62,000 nucleotides of DNA, from NCBI GenBank assembly GCA_951406725.2, contig OX597825.1, positions 15,086,001-15,148,000 on the forward strand, in the 5' to 3' direction. Source of the stretch: Octopus vulgaris (Eukaryota). The notes beneath the pieces are model-generated. The model searched no databases. It was not told the DNA's origin and saw only the letters and a program-made list of their open reading frames with translations. Made by a program: the position numbers and the translations under genes. Shown in pieces: positions 1-15,819 of the stretch (position 1 is the first letter of the stretch; the number at the start of each line of letters is the position of its first letter).

Positions 1-2044
1 TATTTTAATAGTAAGAGCAGCAAGGTAGAGTCAAGAACAACATACGGATGTATCAATAGCGCATATAGACATACATATTCTTAATAGTGTAAATACGATT
101 TCCTCTTCTAGTTAGGCATACATCCACAAATATACACAAGGCGTACCCTAGCATGCAGCCCACAGTCAACTGTAGGTTCAGGATCGAACGTAAGATTCGG
201 AGTGTGGTGTAGTATAAATAATAACACACATGGGCTGCGTTTCACTACAGCTGTTTCACACATCCATTTTAATTGATGAACGAATAATTTACATCTTTAA
301 AAAAAAATCGTTTTCTTCAGCTGCATTAAATTTAGACTCCAAAATTTAATGTCACCAATAAAGTCACGATGAATTCATATACGTGTTCTCTTGCGCTTTA
401 CCTTGGATTTATTTCGCTTTGTTCCTGCCTTACACTCCAATTATATATATATATACATAAACAAACAAATGCCGAAAGTGCGCAGATACTTCCACTTCAT
501 ATATGTTGCAACCACGATAAAGAGAGTTTCAAAGACCACGATAAAAAGAGTTGCAAAGACGTCGAGCGCATAGATTGCGATGATATAAACATATTCATTT
601 GAAAAATCCCGACACCTAGAAGAAACCGGTTATGTAATGCTAGCCAGAAAGAATATTTAATATTGTTACACTTGTTTCTGTCGCTTCAATTTCTCATTAA
701 ATAATTGACATAATTCTCTTAACATTTTTTGTCTATTTTTATCCATTTTTGTTTATATAACACGACCTGTACAGAAATATTTAAATATTATACACTCTTT
801 ACATACACATGCATACCTTACATACATTACGCGCATGCATGCACATACACACTCACAGGCGTATATATATATATGTTGTATGAATGTATATATATATACA
901 CACACACAAGAGGAAGGAGGCAGAGGCAGAGAGACGGAAGCGGGGTCAAAAACACTGAGAGACTTTAACGCCGTATGATTTATTGGTTTTAGCCTCTGGA
1001 GATAACATACAGCTGGACCTGACCAACTTGAATAAATCTATGATCACAACATAATTTCATAAAGAGAATAAATCATGAACAATGGAGATTTGTCACTAAA
1101 TATGGAAAGATGATTGCATTCCACCACTTATAATTTATTTTCTCTAATATTTTGCCTGCCACAACTGATAAGATGGCAAGTAAGCTTGGAAACCGCTTTC
1201 TACTTTCATGGACGATCTTAACGTTTCTGACACTTATTACGGCCAGTTATTTATTATGAAAATCTATCACTACACAATTGAGATTGCTCATATTCGTATA
1301 GTAGTGTCATTTTATGAACCTAACTTTTACATGATATTACCAATCATTTTCTTGCTTCGAAGTCCACTGTCTTGAAAAATGAAAGATTTCGCCTTCTCTC
1401 GAAAGCTTCTAATTTCTTATGATATCAACAACATACAATTTTCGATGGTAAGAACAAAGATTCCAGAACATAGAGAGAAATCGTAATGATTGCTTTAGTC
1501 AGATAATAGGACACCTATCGTATTTACAGTAGATGTGGGGTCGTGTCCCAGGGATGGTTTCTGCCCAATAATGTTTTTGAACCCAATATGTACATGCTGT
1601 GAAGTTTAGCCTAGAGATTCACAGTTCCAAAAATAATTCTAAAGACTCCTGCTTTGTGTCAAACGGAAATGCAAACCGATATTCACGATATGCATCTAGG
1701 CAGTGTTGTGTTTAAATGCCACTCATAAATTCGTTGACCAACCTGAGGCTTCATCAAAACATATTAGCCAAAGGCTTTGCGTTGTGGAATCATGCTATAA
1801 AAATATTACTATTCAACTGCGAGATCAAACAGTTATGCCTTGTTTGCTTTGCATGTGAGTCAAGAAAATCAGCCTCAGAAGCAAGCCTGTGAAATGATAA
1901 AGCATTCGATATTAGAGGAAGTTATGAATACCATTTCTTACGTTGGAATGTTAACCGAGATACCATGACTTCATCCGTTAATTATCTCTGAAAGTACAAA
2001 ACAGTATCGTGTACAGAGAAGGACGATGAATAACTTTTAATTAG

Positions 2045-2293
2045 GATTCTTAACTCGGCCAACTGTAATCCCATGGATTTACTTATGTGCGGGCAGCAGT
2101 TGAGAAAGACACCAACCGCTCTGGCTGCAACACCAGGGCAGAGTTGTTGACCATTTTCAAGGATGCGTTTTCTCAGGGACAAAGGGACATATACGCCAGG
2201 TTCCAGAGCCGGTTCGAGGGCGTGACAGAAGCTGAGAGCTGATATTTTCAATAAACTGCTATCTCAAAGCCATAATTTAGTTGATCATTTTTT
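2045..2293 (+). mobile_element. Tc1/mariner transposase C-terminal relic
   Basis: With one frameshift it reads NSANCNPMD/YVRAAVEKDTNRSGCNTRAELLTIFKDAFSQGQRDIYARFQSRFEGVTEAES, matching the PxSPDxNPxDYYVWG...RLEAVIEAEG tail. Confidence 0.75.
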
Positions 2294-3429
2294 AATGTTT
2301 AAAAAACCTTTCTTTTTAGACGGGATACTGTGCTTTGTTTCTCCTTTTTGCTCATTGAGAAATTTAGCCCAAACACGATGTCATAGATAGATAGCTGTGA
2401 ATAGAGTACATTAGACCCTACTACGAACATGAAATGTTCCTTTAAAATAATTTCAATGATCATTTCTGTTTTATCAACGGATTTATATAACGTTTGATGT
2501 CGATTTTGTCATGTATAATATATAACCTATCAAACTTTTCTACACACCGAACGTGTGGTTCTTACATTCGTACCCTTAATTACTAATGACTACATTACAC
2601 TTACAATAATTATTGTCTAGATTAATTTTTAAAACATATTTAAAATTTACGAATGTATAATATGATGTTGCCATTATTCTAGATGTGTTAAATCTATCAC
2701 TCCAGGAATATTTACATTGCTATATTTTGACCGTTTTGTTAAAATATGGAGCACTTACGTGAAAAATAATTGTATTTACACGTCACCAAACACAGCAGTA
2801 TATATAATATATGATGCTCATATGCACATACATACGTATTTCTATCTTACTGTCTGTCTTATGTATAGGTATAAATTTACGTATACATACATACATGCGA
2901 AAGAGAATGTCACCATTGAACGCACATATGAGTTTATATGTGACAACATATTCTTTTATGTATATCTTTATATCAATTATATTTATTGGCGTGCACTCTT
3001 GAAAGCAGATATACCATATGTACATAACAATAAAATTCAATTTTATCTCGACTTCAATTGATATTTTGTACTTGAAATTTCACACCGTTCACAAAAATAA
3101 AAATAAAAAAATTTTATTTGAAATACTTTGAATTTCGATAAGTATATTTCATATATAAATAAAGTGAAATGCACTTCTTTTATATTCAAATTGATCACGT
3201 TACCAACCGTCTCTCGGAAAAGTCTATTCTCTATGGAATACAGGGATTAAGAACATAATATACGGAATTGACCGCACTACGGGTATTTATAATTTCATGT
3301 GAGCTTACGAATAATGCAGTACTTAATGCTATTGTTGTTTATCAAATGATCAGACCTGACCTTTATTACGCTTGCTATAAAATTCTCTCTAGACAAGAAC
3401 ATTATATCAATACACGTGCACGCGCGTAT

Positions 3430-4160
3430 ATAGGGTGGCGGAGGGGAAAGTAGCCCGGGTTCTGCAGCAAAGTGTAAATACAGAGATAAATTTGCATATG
3501 CTGGAAAGGCCTTAGCTTCATAGATTTTGAAAATGGTTGCCTCTAGTATCACTACACAGCTGTTCATCTCAAAACATGTTTAGATACACTCGGTTTAAAA
3601 TAGTGGTATCAATTGCGCCGACAGCATGCGTGGTATCGTCCTTCATTCCTATATCATGTGCAAATAGTTCATTCGTAAACTGTTCTCTTCAAACGTTCTC
3701 AGAGGTATAAACTAAACGTTGAAAGGGAAGAAGGACGTGGTAGCCACGAAACTTTTTAATAACTGCGCTCCCCAAGAAAAAAACCCGATGGAACCGCTAC
3801 ATAGAAACAAGAGAAATTTAACAAACCGCTTTGTTCTTTTGCAAGAAATACACTTGTCTTTCATCTTCAGTGATGTGAGCACAAAATTGGTCTAAAATGT
3901 TCTTGCAGACCTCCTTGTTTAGAATTCTCTCAGGATATATCACTCCCATAATGCCTTTCCCTGAAACAGTTCACCGAACATGTATGTGTTTTTTTTTTTC
4001 TTGGAGTGGCTGCTCATACATAAGTTGAGTATTCTCCTCCGCCCAATGCCGTTTGTTTTACGAATTTATGTGGCCAGGATAATAAAACCATGCCTCACCA
4101 AACATTATATACTGGAATCGGTATAATCCACCATTAGCCATGCTATTAAGAAGACGTGTG
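3430..4160 (-). mobile_element. Decayed Tc1/mariner transposase (catalytic domain) with terminal repeat remnant
   Basis: Minus strand gives FGEAWFYYPGHINS..RHWAEEN..EQPL, IMGVIYPE..ERQVYFLQ, WLPRP..YLWxRLKRTVY, IDTTILNRVY..GNHFQNL; TA+TAGGGTG end near 3430. Confidence 0.75.
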
Positions 4161-4295
4161 AAATAATTCACTCGTTATATATATTTTTAGGCAGAATGGT
4201 ATACATATAAGATTCCAATACCTTATGAGTAAAATCTAATATATATATATATTCATATATGTACATTATTACGTCCGTATATATAAATATATACT

Positions 4296-4452
4296 GACTC
4301 TTTCACCACAACTTTCACTCACTTTTTCTTCCTGCATCTTGCAGCTCCCCTGCGATGGACCGACGTCCCGTCTAGGTGGGGAACCTGTACGCCAAGGAAA
4401 CGGAGAAACCGGCCCTTATGAACCAGTCGTTGCTCAAGAAGGAACAAACAAC
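4296..4452 (+). mobile_element. 3' fragment of a family C variant (third tail type)
   Basis: CTCTTTCACCACAACTTTC shared with family C, then GCAGCTCCCCTGCGATGGAC..GAAGGAACAAACAAC. Confidence 0.6.
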
Positions 4453-5595
4453 TGTTCCTTCGAAAGGATGAACAACAAAAATATAGATCTAGATCTCAGG
4501 TACTTATTTTATTGACCACAGGACAGTATGGCGTACATATATCGGCGGGCCTTGAAATTAGATACTGAAGGGACATAAATCAATACTGAATGTAATGGTT
4601 TTCAACGCTTAAACGATTCTGCCACTTCGTTTGACAATGTCGTTTATACTTACGTTCTATTCACTTCCTAAACCTATATTTGTATAAAAATATGCTTATT
4701 TTTTCATGCATTATTCAATATTATCTATTTTAATTCATAAGCAGAAATTCAGACTATATTTCGTTTGATATTCTCAGATATAACAGATAAGAATTAGATT
4801 TTCGAGACAGATGTGGGTTATTCATATCGACCCATGGTAAAATAAATTAACATTTTAGACGTGAATAATACATATAATACCAAAAGCTGCCTTATGGATT
4901 TTTCACACCAGCCTCTGTGTATTAAAATGTAAAATTATATCTACATTCCTGTCAAATCAACTAACAAATATATTAGATACGTATCTATCCGCATACATAA
5001 CTGTCCTATTTATTGCAAGATGGAACGCGTCCAGAACGTTATCGAAGTCAGCGACTAATGGAGTAAATAATGCGAACATTGAAAATATTTAACATAGATG
5101 TTTCCCGGTAGGCTGGTCATGCATCAGATTGTCCGCTCTCTTGGAACAAATTTCTCGTTGGACGTTTCAAGTAACCGGAAAGAAGTTAACTGAAATTCAA
5201 GTTGATGGAAAGAAAACTGAACAGATGGAAAGAAACGAAAGAAGACTGCTAGATCTCGTTGCGCTTCGATTGTTATAACCTTGTTTTCGGCTTACTTCGG
5301 GTAAAAATAGGCATATAAAAATATCTCTGATCACAGATATAGTCAATGGCTACAACTTCACAAACCCGAGAATTACAAATGATTATGATTCGTATTATAT
5401 CTCGACTTATTCATGTTATATTACTGTTTCGTTTCCTGCATTCTAGATGACATGTTAATAGTCAGGAATAACACAGTTTTAGAATGGTTATTACAGTAAG
5501 AAATAAAATGTATTCTTAGGATATAAAGTACATGGCTTACCATATGGAATGTCTAAATTTGTTTCACCACACATAGATATTTAGGTATATATATA

Positions 5596-6001
5596 CTCTT
5601 TACTCTCTTTTACTTGTTTCAGTCATTTGACTGCGGCCATGCTGGAGCATCGCCTTTAGTCGAACAAATCGACCCCGGGACTTATTCTTTGTAAGCCCAG
5701 TACTTATTCTATCGGTCTCTTTTGCCGAACCGCTAAGTTACGGGGACATAAACACACCAGCATCGGTTGTCAAGCAATGCTAAAGGGACAAACACAGACA
5801 CACAAACACACACACATTCATATATATATATACATATATACGACAGGCTTCTTTCAGTTTCCGTCTACCAAATCCACTCACAAGGCACTGGTCGGCCCGT
5901 GGCTATAGCAGAAGACACTTGCCCAAGATGCCACGCAGTGGGACTGAATCCGGAACCATGTGGTTGGTTAGCAAGCTACTTAACACACAGCCACTCCTGC
6001 G

Positions 6002-6004
<3 letters not shown>
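5596..6004 (-). mobile_element. tRNA-headed SINE family B (octopus OR2-like, name from memory)
   Basis: AGGCGCAGGAGTGGCTGTGTG..GGTTCCGGATTCAGTCCC head, internal (TA)/(TG), tail GACTGAAACAAGTAAAAGAG. Confidence 0.9.
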
Positions 6005-6051
<47 letters not shown>

Positions 6052-6969
6052 CGCACATAGTTACCTTCCACTGAGACACACTTAAAGATACAGATATACA
6101 TCCATTCATACTCGTGTGTGTACATGTGCGTATGTGTGTTTGTCTGTGTGTGAATGTGCGTGTGTGAGTGTGTCTGTGTATTTGTGAGAATGCATCGGGT
6201 ATATAATTTTAAGAAGTGTTTGTGTAAGTTCTTGTGGATAGAAATGAAGCTTTGTAGTTTTGTGGAATGAAACAAGTGTAATAAAACTGTTAGACGTTTC
6301 TTAAAGAGGAATTCAAAACCAAAAATTTTTGCCATTATTAATATATGGCATATTCGCCTGCCATTAGTGTACAAGTTATACGCATGATGTTTGTTACATT
6401 TTATGGCATGCTCATTGACTACAAAATTTACACTTAGTAAGGAACGTTATGTTTAAAGGGTTGAAAAAAAATCAGCTATGAAGGTAGCCATGTATCTTGA
6501 GGGGACGTGTAATGCGATACATAATAGCGATTGGTTGAATAACGAGAGAACCAAAACGAATTCTACGTGAATCACTCAAGTGACAGTAAGTTTGGAAGAT
6601 GAGAGATCATATGAAGTACCTCTCAGTGTTAATTTGACTTGAAAAATTGAGCTTCTCGTAAAGAAATATCGCAAAGTTTCCAGAGACTGCTCGTCGTGTA
6701 GCATGCTTCCTAATAACTCTATCCCATGTCTTACTGTGTAAGTTTCCCAGTTATATATATATTCGAGATAAAGTAATAAAGTGAATGCATATTGATAAAA
6801 TACACACACATATATATATGCGGTATCCATAAATGAAACTGAAGGAGATTTTTGAATAGACAGACAAACACATAAAATGTTATTAGGAAACAAAACCACT
6901 CCGACTTGGGCTCCCTTAGTTGCACGTTATGCATCTAGATGGTGTTCATGTATATATTAATAGTAATAG

Positions 6970-7010
<41 letters not shown>

Positions 7011-7014
<4 letters not shown>

Positions 7015-7351
7015 AAAAAAGGTTTGAAAATGCAATTTAAACGATGTTTATTTACTTAACCGGGTTCACTCTTTGGTAAAAGATTGTCAAAAGTAACATT
7101 AAAAGTAACATTGAATAATATGGGTTCAAAAAAGTTTTTTACATAATTGTCACATTGGATATTATGAATTCAAAAATGTTTTTTTATACAAAATTGTCAC
7201 ATTACATGTATAAATATACATAAATATACAATTTTGAACCCATATTATCCAATGTTATTTTTAATGTTACTTTTGACAATCTTTTCCAAAGAGTGAAACC
7301 GGTTAAGTAAATAAACATCGTTTAAATTGCATTTTCAAACCTTTTTCCTTA
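7011..7351. repeat. Foldback element: 121/120-bp inverted arms with a 100-bp spacer
   Basis: 7011-7131 vs 7232-7351, about 5 differences; the left arm starts directly after (TA)n and both ends are TA-flanked. Confidence 0.85.
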
Positions 7352-7385
7352 TATAATCCCAATCGTGCGATACCCCACAACTCAA

Positions 7386-7435
<50 letters not shown>

Positions 7436-7488
7436 ATGGTCCCATCTGTCATTGTAAAGAGAACTTATAAACACTTTACATGGGTGTG

Positions 7489-7532
<44 letters not shown>

Positions 7533-7556
7533 TATATATATACACATGCGCACACT

Positions 7557-9596
<2,040 letters not shown>

Positions 9597-9829
9597 TTTA
9601 TACACATAAGTTTTTCACTTTCAAATTTTTGTTCCTGTCGAATCTTATCCATTATTGTTGTGGATCTCTAATGCGCTGAATCTTCACCCTAGGTGTAGAT
9701 TCCTTGTGTATAATTAATATATAGTCTTTTTGACGATTTTTTTTTTCACGTTAGACCACTGGAAATGTAAATTTTGATTGAATATTTTAAATTTAATTAA
9801 ATTCCATTTCCCTTTCTGATATGATTAAG

Positions 9830-9893
<64 letters not shown>

Positions 9894-10149
9894 GCATACA
9901 TAACTATATAGATAGATAGATTAGATGTAATGAGAGAGAGGTGGGAATTGCGTGTGTGGGGGCATTTATGTAAGCACGTCGACATTCCCATGCCTATGCC
10001 AGGGTCTGATCACTAAATATCAGGATTGTTGCCTTAGTAGTGAATCTAAAGCATTCAGAGTAAAGCCGCTTGGCAAAGATTTACTGCACTAACTTTTAAT
10101 GTTTCGAGCTCACATCCGCCGTTTACAATAGTGCTTGGAATGAAACTGT

Positions 10150-10823
10150 GTAGCGTCTGATCATTTCATTAACCATGTCAGAGAATGTTGTCATCATGAT
10201 ACCTGCTCAGAGGCCTACGCAAATTTGCAGAAAATCTATGGAGAGGAGTGCACGAGCCGCAGCCAAATGTACCAATGTTTCAAACATTTCCAAGATGGCC
10301 GAGAAATGTCGATATTGACAAACATTCTGCACGACACGCAACCAGCAGAACTGTGCGTGTAACCTTGAGGGGAAATCGTCGAATTACTACCCGTGTGTTA
10401 TCAGAGAATATGCAGATTAGTTACGGTTCAGTTCAGTCCATTACCATATCAATATGAGAGGTGTGTCTTCCAAGTTTGTGCCAAAACTGATTTCAGCTGA
10501 CCAGAAAAATACTAGGGTTTAAGTTGCAAAAAACCTCATTGATAGTGTCGAGAATCAGGAAAAAAAACTTTGAAAACATTACGTAGGCTTCTGAGTAGCT
10601 ATTACGTAGCATTTGGCAAAATTAGATGTAGATTCTCTACTCAACTTCCTCCCTCATGGTCAATTGGATGATCACACGCTACAGGCGTTCCTTTGAAATA
10701 CTGCTGTGCTTAGCGGAAGAAAGTTAGAACGTTAAAACTCAGGACAAATGTACAGCGGCTCTACCCTGCATGCTTTAGCGTCGTTATTATGTCAACATTC
10801 CGGATACTTATTGATCAGCAATG

Positions 10824-10825
<2 letters not shown>
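10150..10825 (+). mobile_element. Mariner (Mos1/Himar-type) transposase N-terminal relic
   Basis: EAYANLQKIYGEECTSRSQMYQCFKHFQDGR/NVDIDKHSAR..NRRITTRVLSENMQISYGSVQSI..VSSKFVPKLISADQK, frameshifted. Confidence 0.8.
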
Positions 10826-10894
<69 letters not shown>

Positions 10895-11754
10895 GAGGTT
10901 GTAAGAGATGATGGTGTCATTGAGACCCAAGGGTGTCAGGTAATGCTGAATAAGTGCTATAGACAGACCATAGTTAAGTTCCAGATTCGGTAATATTGCG
11001 AATAAAGGGTTCAACGTTGGTTCTATATCAGCGTGTGTATATATGAATTTATATATGATTAATAATATTAATTAATAATGATATTATTAAATAATATTCT
11101 AGAATCAGCTGTAAGACCTTCTATCTATAAATGCTCTAATATCTATACAGCCTTGCTTTTTTTTCATCTCATTACACAAAAAAATTCATATATATATATA
11201 TATATACATATACTTATTACGTATCATCGAACCTTATTATGTTTCATTCCATTGAAACTACATTCATCTGACATAAAGATGGGATGTATATAGATTGAAC
11301 ACCTTTCATCATAGCGCTACTTGATCGGTGGTATCTGGAGGCTGTAATACTTCACGCTCTAAATTGGAACCGCGTCGAAATCTCGGTGTAGTTCTCTTAA
11401 AGTTACGACTCAGAAGTCAATAAAATATGTAACTGTCAAATATTGCTTTCTATATTTTCGACTTATGTCCGTGATACAAATCAATATTAACACGCAAGTT
11501 AAAGTGTCAGATTATATTTATTATTTCGAAGGTTATAGTGAAGAAACAATTTCTTCTATCTGTTATACGACTTTATGTCGCAATTGAAGAATGTTTGAGA
11601 GGAACGATTAATGAACAGTTGGAGAAGCATAAGATTTGCAACACGAACAATATGGAATTCGTTCGATATGCAAGAAATAGTATACAACAGATCTTACCCA
11701 AATCAAATCTGAACACTTCAAATGAATTGAATTGTAGATATAACATAATCAAAG

Positions 11755-11988
11755 GGCGGTGAGCTGGCAGAAACGTTAGCGCGTCGGGTGAAATACTTAG
11801 CGGTATTTCGTCGGCCGTTACGTTCTGAGTTCAAATTCTGCCGAGGTCGACTTTGCCTTTCATCCTTTCGGGGTCAATAAAATTAAGTACCAGTTACGCA
11901 CTGATGTAGATATAATCGACTTAATCTGTTTGTCTGTCCTTGTTTGTCCTCTCTCTGTTTAGCCCCCTGTGGGTAGGAAACAAATAGA
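11755..11988 (+). mobile_element. SINE family A
   Basis: Collinear with 9326-9555. Confidence 0.9.
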
Positions 11989-12152
11989 AATAGATATAAC
12001 ATAGTGAAGTGAATTGACTCCACAGACATTAACCGAAATGAATCTATGAGACAGGCGTCCAAAGAACACTAGATGCGATCTGGCGTGCTTTTTGTGTCCT
12101 AGGAATATTACCAGTTTCTCGTTCAAAGTCCAATTATATATTATTTTGCAAG

Positions 12153-12720
12153 TGATGTTGTGCTATGTCGTTGAAAGACACCACATATGTGCAGCGCAAG
12201 ACACAGTCTTCATTGTTATAAATATGGGATACATATGTACTTACTTGTAATTGTGGCGACATTCACCCTGGGCGGGTTGAGTTGGTTTCTTTCACCACCC
12301 TCGAGGCATCTCGAACCATGGCGGTGGAAGAAGTTTCGTGGGAATATGTAGATTTCACAAGCGGTCCCCTACAATCCCGCATGTAAAGATATCCTGTTTG
12401 CCGCAGATTGTCCGCAGACGCAGGTACAGAACGACCGAGGAGCCGCCGGTTGCCGAAACAGACACTCCGAGGATCTTCACCAGAACCCCTTCTGCCGGGT
12501 TGTGGCCCTAATACCACTCGGTGTCAGACCAATCCGCCTTGGGTGGCCCTACCAGGAACCGAAGTTCCCGACGGCATAGCTCTGACACTACTAGTTGCCA
12601 GCGTCCGTACCACGGTGAGGAGGGTATGGACTTTGGGATACATATGTGAGCGCTCCATCGCAAACGAAAAGATGAAATGAGCCATGTTGTATACTGGGGT
12701 CAATATATTATAATACCTGC
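12153..12720 (+). pseudogene. Pseudo-exon interrupted by an RTE-derived insertion
   Basis: Acceptor TATTATTTTGCAAG|12153 and donor 12720|GTAAGC. Removing the insert plus one TSD copy leaves 86+73=159 nt, phase 1/1, in one continuous frame (VMLCYVVERHHICAAQDTVFIVINMGYICERSIANEKMK*AMLYTGVNIL*YL) with 2 stops. Confidence 0.45.
12239..12633 (-). mobile_element. 395-bp GC-rich RTE-derived non-autonomous retroelement with a 14-bp TSD
   Basis: TGGGATACATATGT at 12225-12238 and 12634-12647; minus strand ends CAAGTAAGT (RTE-like tail); 5' part resembles RTE 5'UTRs and contains a C(UUCG)G hairpin. Confidence 0.65.
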
Positions 12721-13301
12721 GTAAGCTACAAATGTTTACAAGCCAATGGGCATCACACTTAGTATGACAGATAAGTTGAGGATAGAGCCAAGAATTTTAG
12801 AAGAAAATTTACGAAGCACCATTAGTAATCTAATTCATTTGAATGCAACGTAATAAGTATATTTCGCTTTAGATATATATATGAAAAATACTTAACTAAT
12901 GCAGAAGTTCCGAAAAAGAATAACATTTATTCTGAATGATGTGACTTTTCAAGTGCAAAATATCAATTTAAATCTAGTGGAAATTGATTTTCATTTCTAT
13001 TTACCTAAGTTATTTCAGCTTTAAAGAGTACACGTCAATATATAGAGTTGCTATATAGATAAAGATGAAAGGGTAAGCTCACCCGTATAAATTTGAATGT
13101 AAACACAATGATACTCACCTGCACACTTGAATATGTGCATCTCTTAAAAATAAGAACGAACACACAGACACACACACACACACACACACGCGCATAAAAG
13201 ATGCAGCGACGGCTACAAAGTATTATACATACACGGGTATTCATAGTAGATCCATACATAAATATATGCATAAATACATGCATACACAAATACACATACA
13301 T

Positions 13302-13336
<35 letters not shown>

Positions 13337-13338
13337 CA

Positions 13339-13388
<50 letters not shown>

Positions 13389-15081
13389 TGTATATACATG
13401 AAAGCCTATATAATATGTCTACCTATGTATATATATATCTACGATATATGTATAATCTGAAATAATATAGATATTATATACATGCTATACTATTACATAA
13501 ATGTGTGTGTGTGAGTGTATGTGTATGTATGCATCTATATATGTATATAAGTATAATTGAGAGACGACGATATTCAAAAGGGTAAAATATAGTCACAAAA
13601 GAATTATTGTGCTGTGTGACTTGTAAATATGTTGAGAAAGAACACTATTGGTAAATATGCAAATAAATATCGAATTAAAATTTCAGTAGACATCACGTGA
13701 TGTTCCTTATATACACTGGAACCTTCAGCAGACAGAAGGAGAAACTATTAAGCTTATTTTTTATATTGTTGTTAGTTAGACCGTCTTAAATTTCACAGTG
13801 AATGACAAGGTATGATGTCGGTTCTAAAATGACCAAATGAAATGAGACAATGAGTAACCAATTGTATTTTGCTTTCGATCGCTTAAAGAATTTTATATTA
13901 ATCTTGGAAAAATGTTCCTACGTGATTCAAGAAATGGTGATATACCTGAATAATTCTACGAGTTTCAGAATATAACTTTTACATGAACGTTGAATAGCCT
14001 ATTCCATTATATTTGCCATAATACCTTAACAACATCGTAATATACAAATCCAGTTCACCTTATCCATCATTATATACTCCCTGCGATGAGAATATCAGTG
14101 TTCACTTCTCTAAACAAAATAAAAAGTCCAAATTTATTTTCAATCTAGATTTCAGTTCAGATCTGTCAATACCTATTTTTCCCGCCTGATTTACACTAAG
14201 CAGTCTAGTATTTATTTAGGACATACATAACTCACTGACTGAATAAAAAAAAACCCATACAATTTCATGTACTGTGCATAGTTTTTATTTCAACTTATAA
14301 GTCGTATCCTCTCATTCATTGACAAATTATAGTTTATTTAATTTAAATCAATCCATTTGATATTTAATCAAATAAAATTACATGGACAGGTTAATGTTTT
14401 TTCTCTCATTTTATAGATTCAAATTTAATTTAATGATGATGGTTTGATAAATTGGATTATGGATGTATGTGTAGAAGTAAGTGGAAGTAATATAACACAT
14501 TTAATAAAAGTTTAATTATTCCATAATGCACAGAAGGATGCATATGGTTTTTGTTATATTGGAACATATAACGTGATAAGTAGAAGTTTTGAAGAATATT
14601 AATTTTGTGTGGCGTATAGGCGAACATTCTAAATTTCCATACCGTACAATTTGTCGGAGAAATCGTTATGAATTTTCATAAAGCTCAAACGTATATAAAT
14701 AAATTAGAAGGAAGATGAAAAGGTCGATAAGATAGTTAAGAATTGTATGTAGTTAGAGAATGTAACAGCGGAAAAGACCCGATTAGTCATCTGTTTGTTA
14801 CTTCTTACATATACTGCGTGCTACCGATTTAAATATATTGTTTTACGAAGAAAGAATCGTGTGTCATAGAAACTGTTTCTACTAACAACAATTAACAAGA
14901 AACGTTGTTGTCTATATTTAAAATTTCATCTACAATCTATGGTAACCATTATTATCAAAAGTGTTATATTTGCGTTGTACATTTTAATCAATGAAAAACA
15001 AATTCTTCAATACCAAATGTCAACCCTAATCATATTTTGATTAGTATATATGGTTCACTTTGATATCGTTAACTATTTTCA

Positions 15082-15142
<61 letters not shown>

Positions 15143-15819
15143 CATATACATACATATATATATTTCCTAGGCATATACAAAAGGATATACAAAAGATATA
15201 CAAAATTATTCAGTAAAATGTAAATATTCTTATGTTAACATTGAAATATCTGAAAAAGTAAATATATGTAAGTGAAAACGTCTGCTTAAAATATATTTCT
15301 AGGCAATATGTTTCCAAGAGAACAGAAGGCAATGCCTCAAAGAGAGATCTCCAAACACATTAGAAATCGTTTCCAATCGTACATAATGAATAGCAGTCCA
15401 TGAGGCGCTAGGAAACACAAACATATGGATTGATAATTGAATACAGTACAATAGAAACTAAAACCATTACTCTGAGTTTCATACATTTTTATCTCTATAA
15501 AAAACGGTATGATAACAGGGAATATGTAGTTGAAAATATTGACCATCTGCGAGTTTAGGATGCTGTTATCAAAGAGAATGAAATATTTCAACAATGAAGA
15601 ATGTAACTCAACAATAGTTAACCGAAGTGCTTAAATTCTAACTGTAGCTTCTGTAAAAATGATTGCTATATGTACGGTGTGTAAAGAAAGAGTGAGTGTC
15701 CATGGCTGGTACAGCCCCCACCTAGAGCAGTGAGATGATCATTAGAAATCAAATCTAAACGAACAGGGGGTTACGATTGAATTTTCATAAATTCTATTAT
15801 ATAGCAAGGCAGCAAGATA

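Noticed and set aside
1195-1230. FMDDL reverse-transcriptase-like motif
   Set aside because: Isolated; no other RT motifs in frame nearby.
1982-2251. 89-aa minus-strand ORF that looks protein-like
   Set aside because: Antisense shadow of the + strand mariner transposase relic.
6190-6738. TGA-as-Trp (mitochondrial or code 4) insertion
   Set aside because: No similarity to mitochondrial or bacterial proteins that I can recognise, and it contains a TAA; chance or pseudogene decay is sufficient.
6576-6899. Minus-strand ORF RHGIELLGSMLHDEQSLETLRYFF..
   Set aside because: No recognisable motif and weak splice context; may be antisense to a + strand pseudo-exon.
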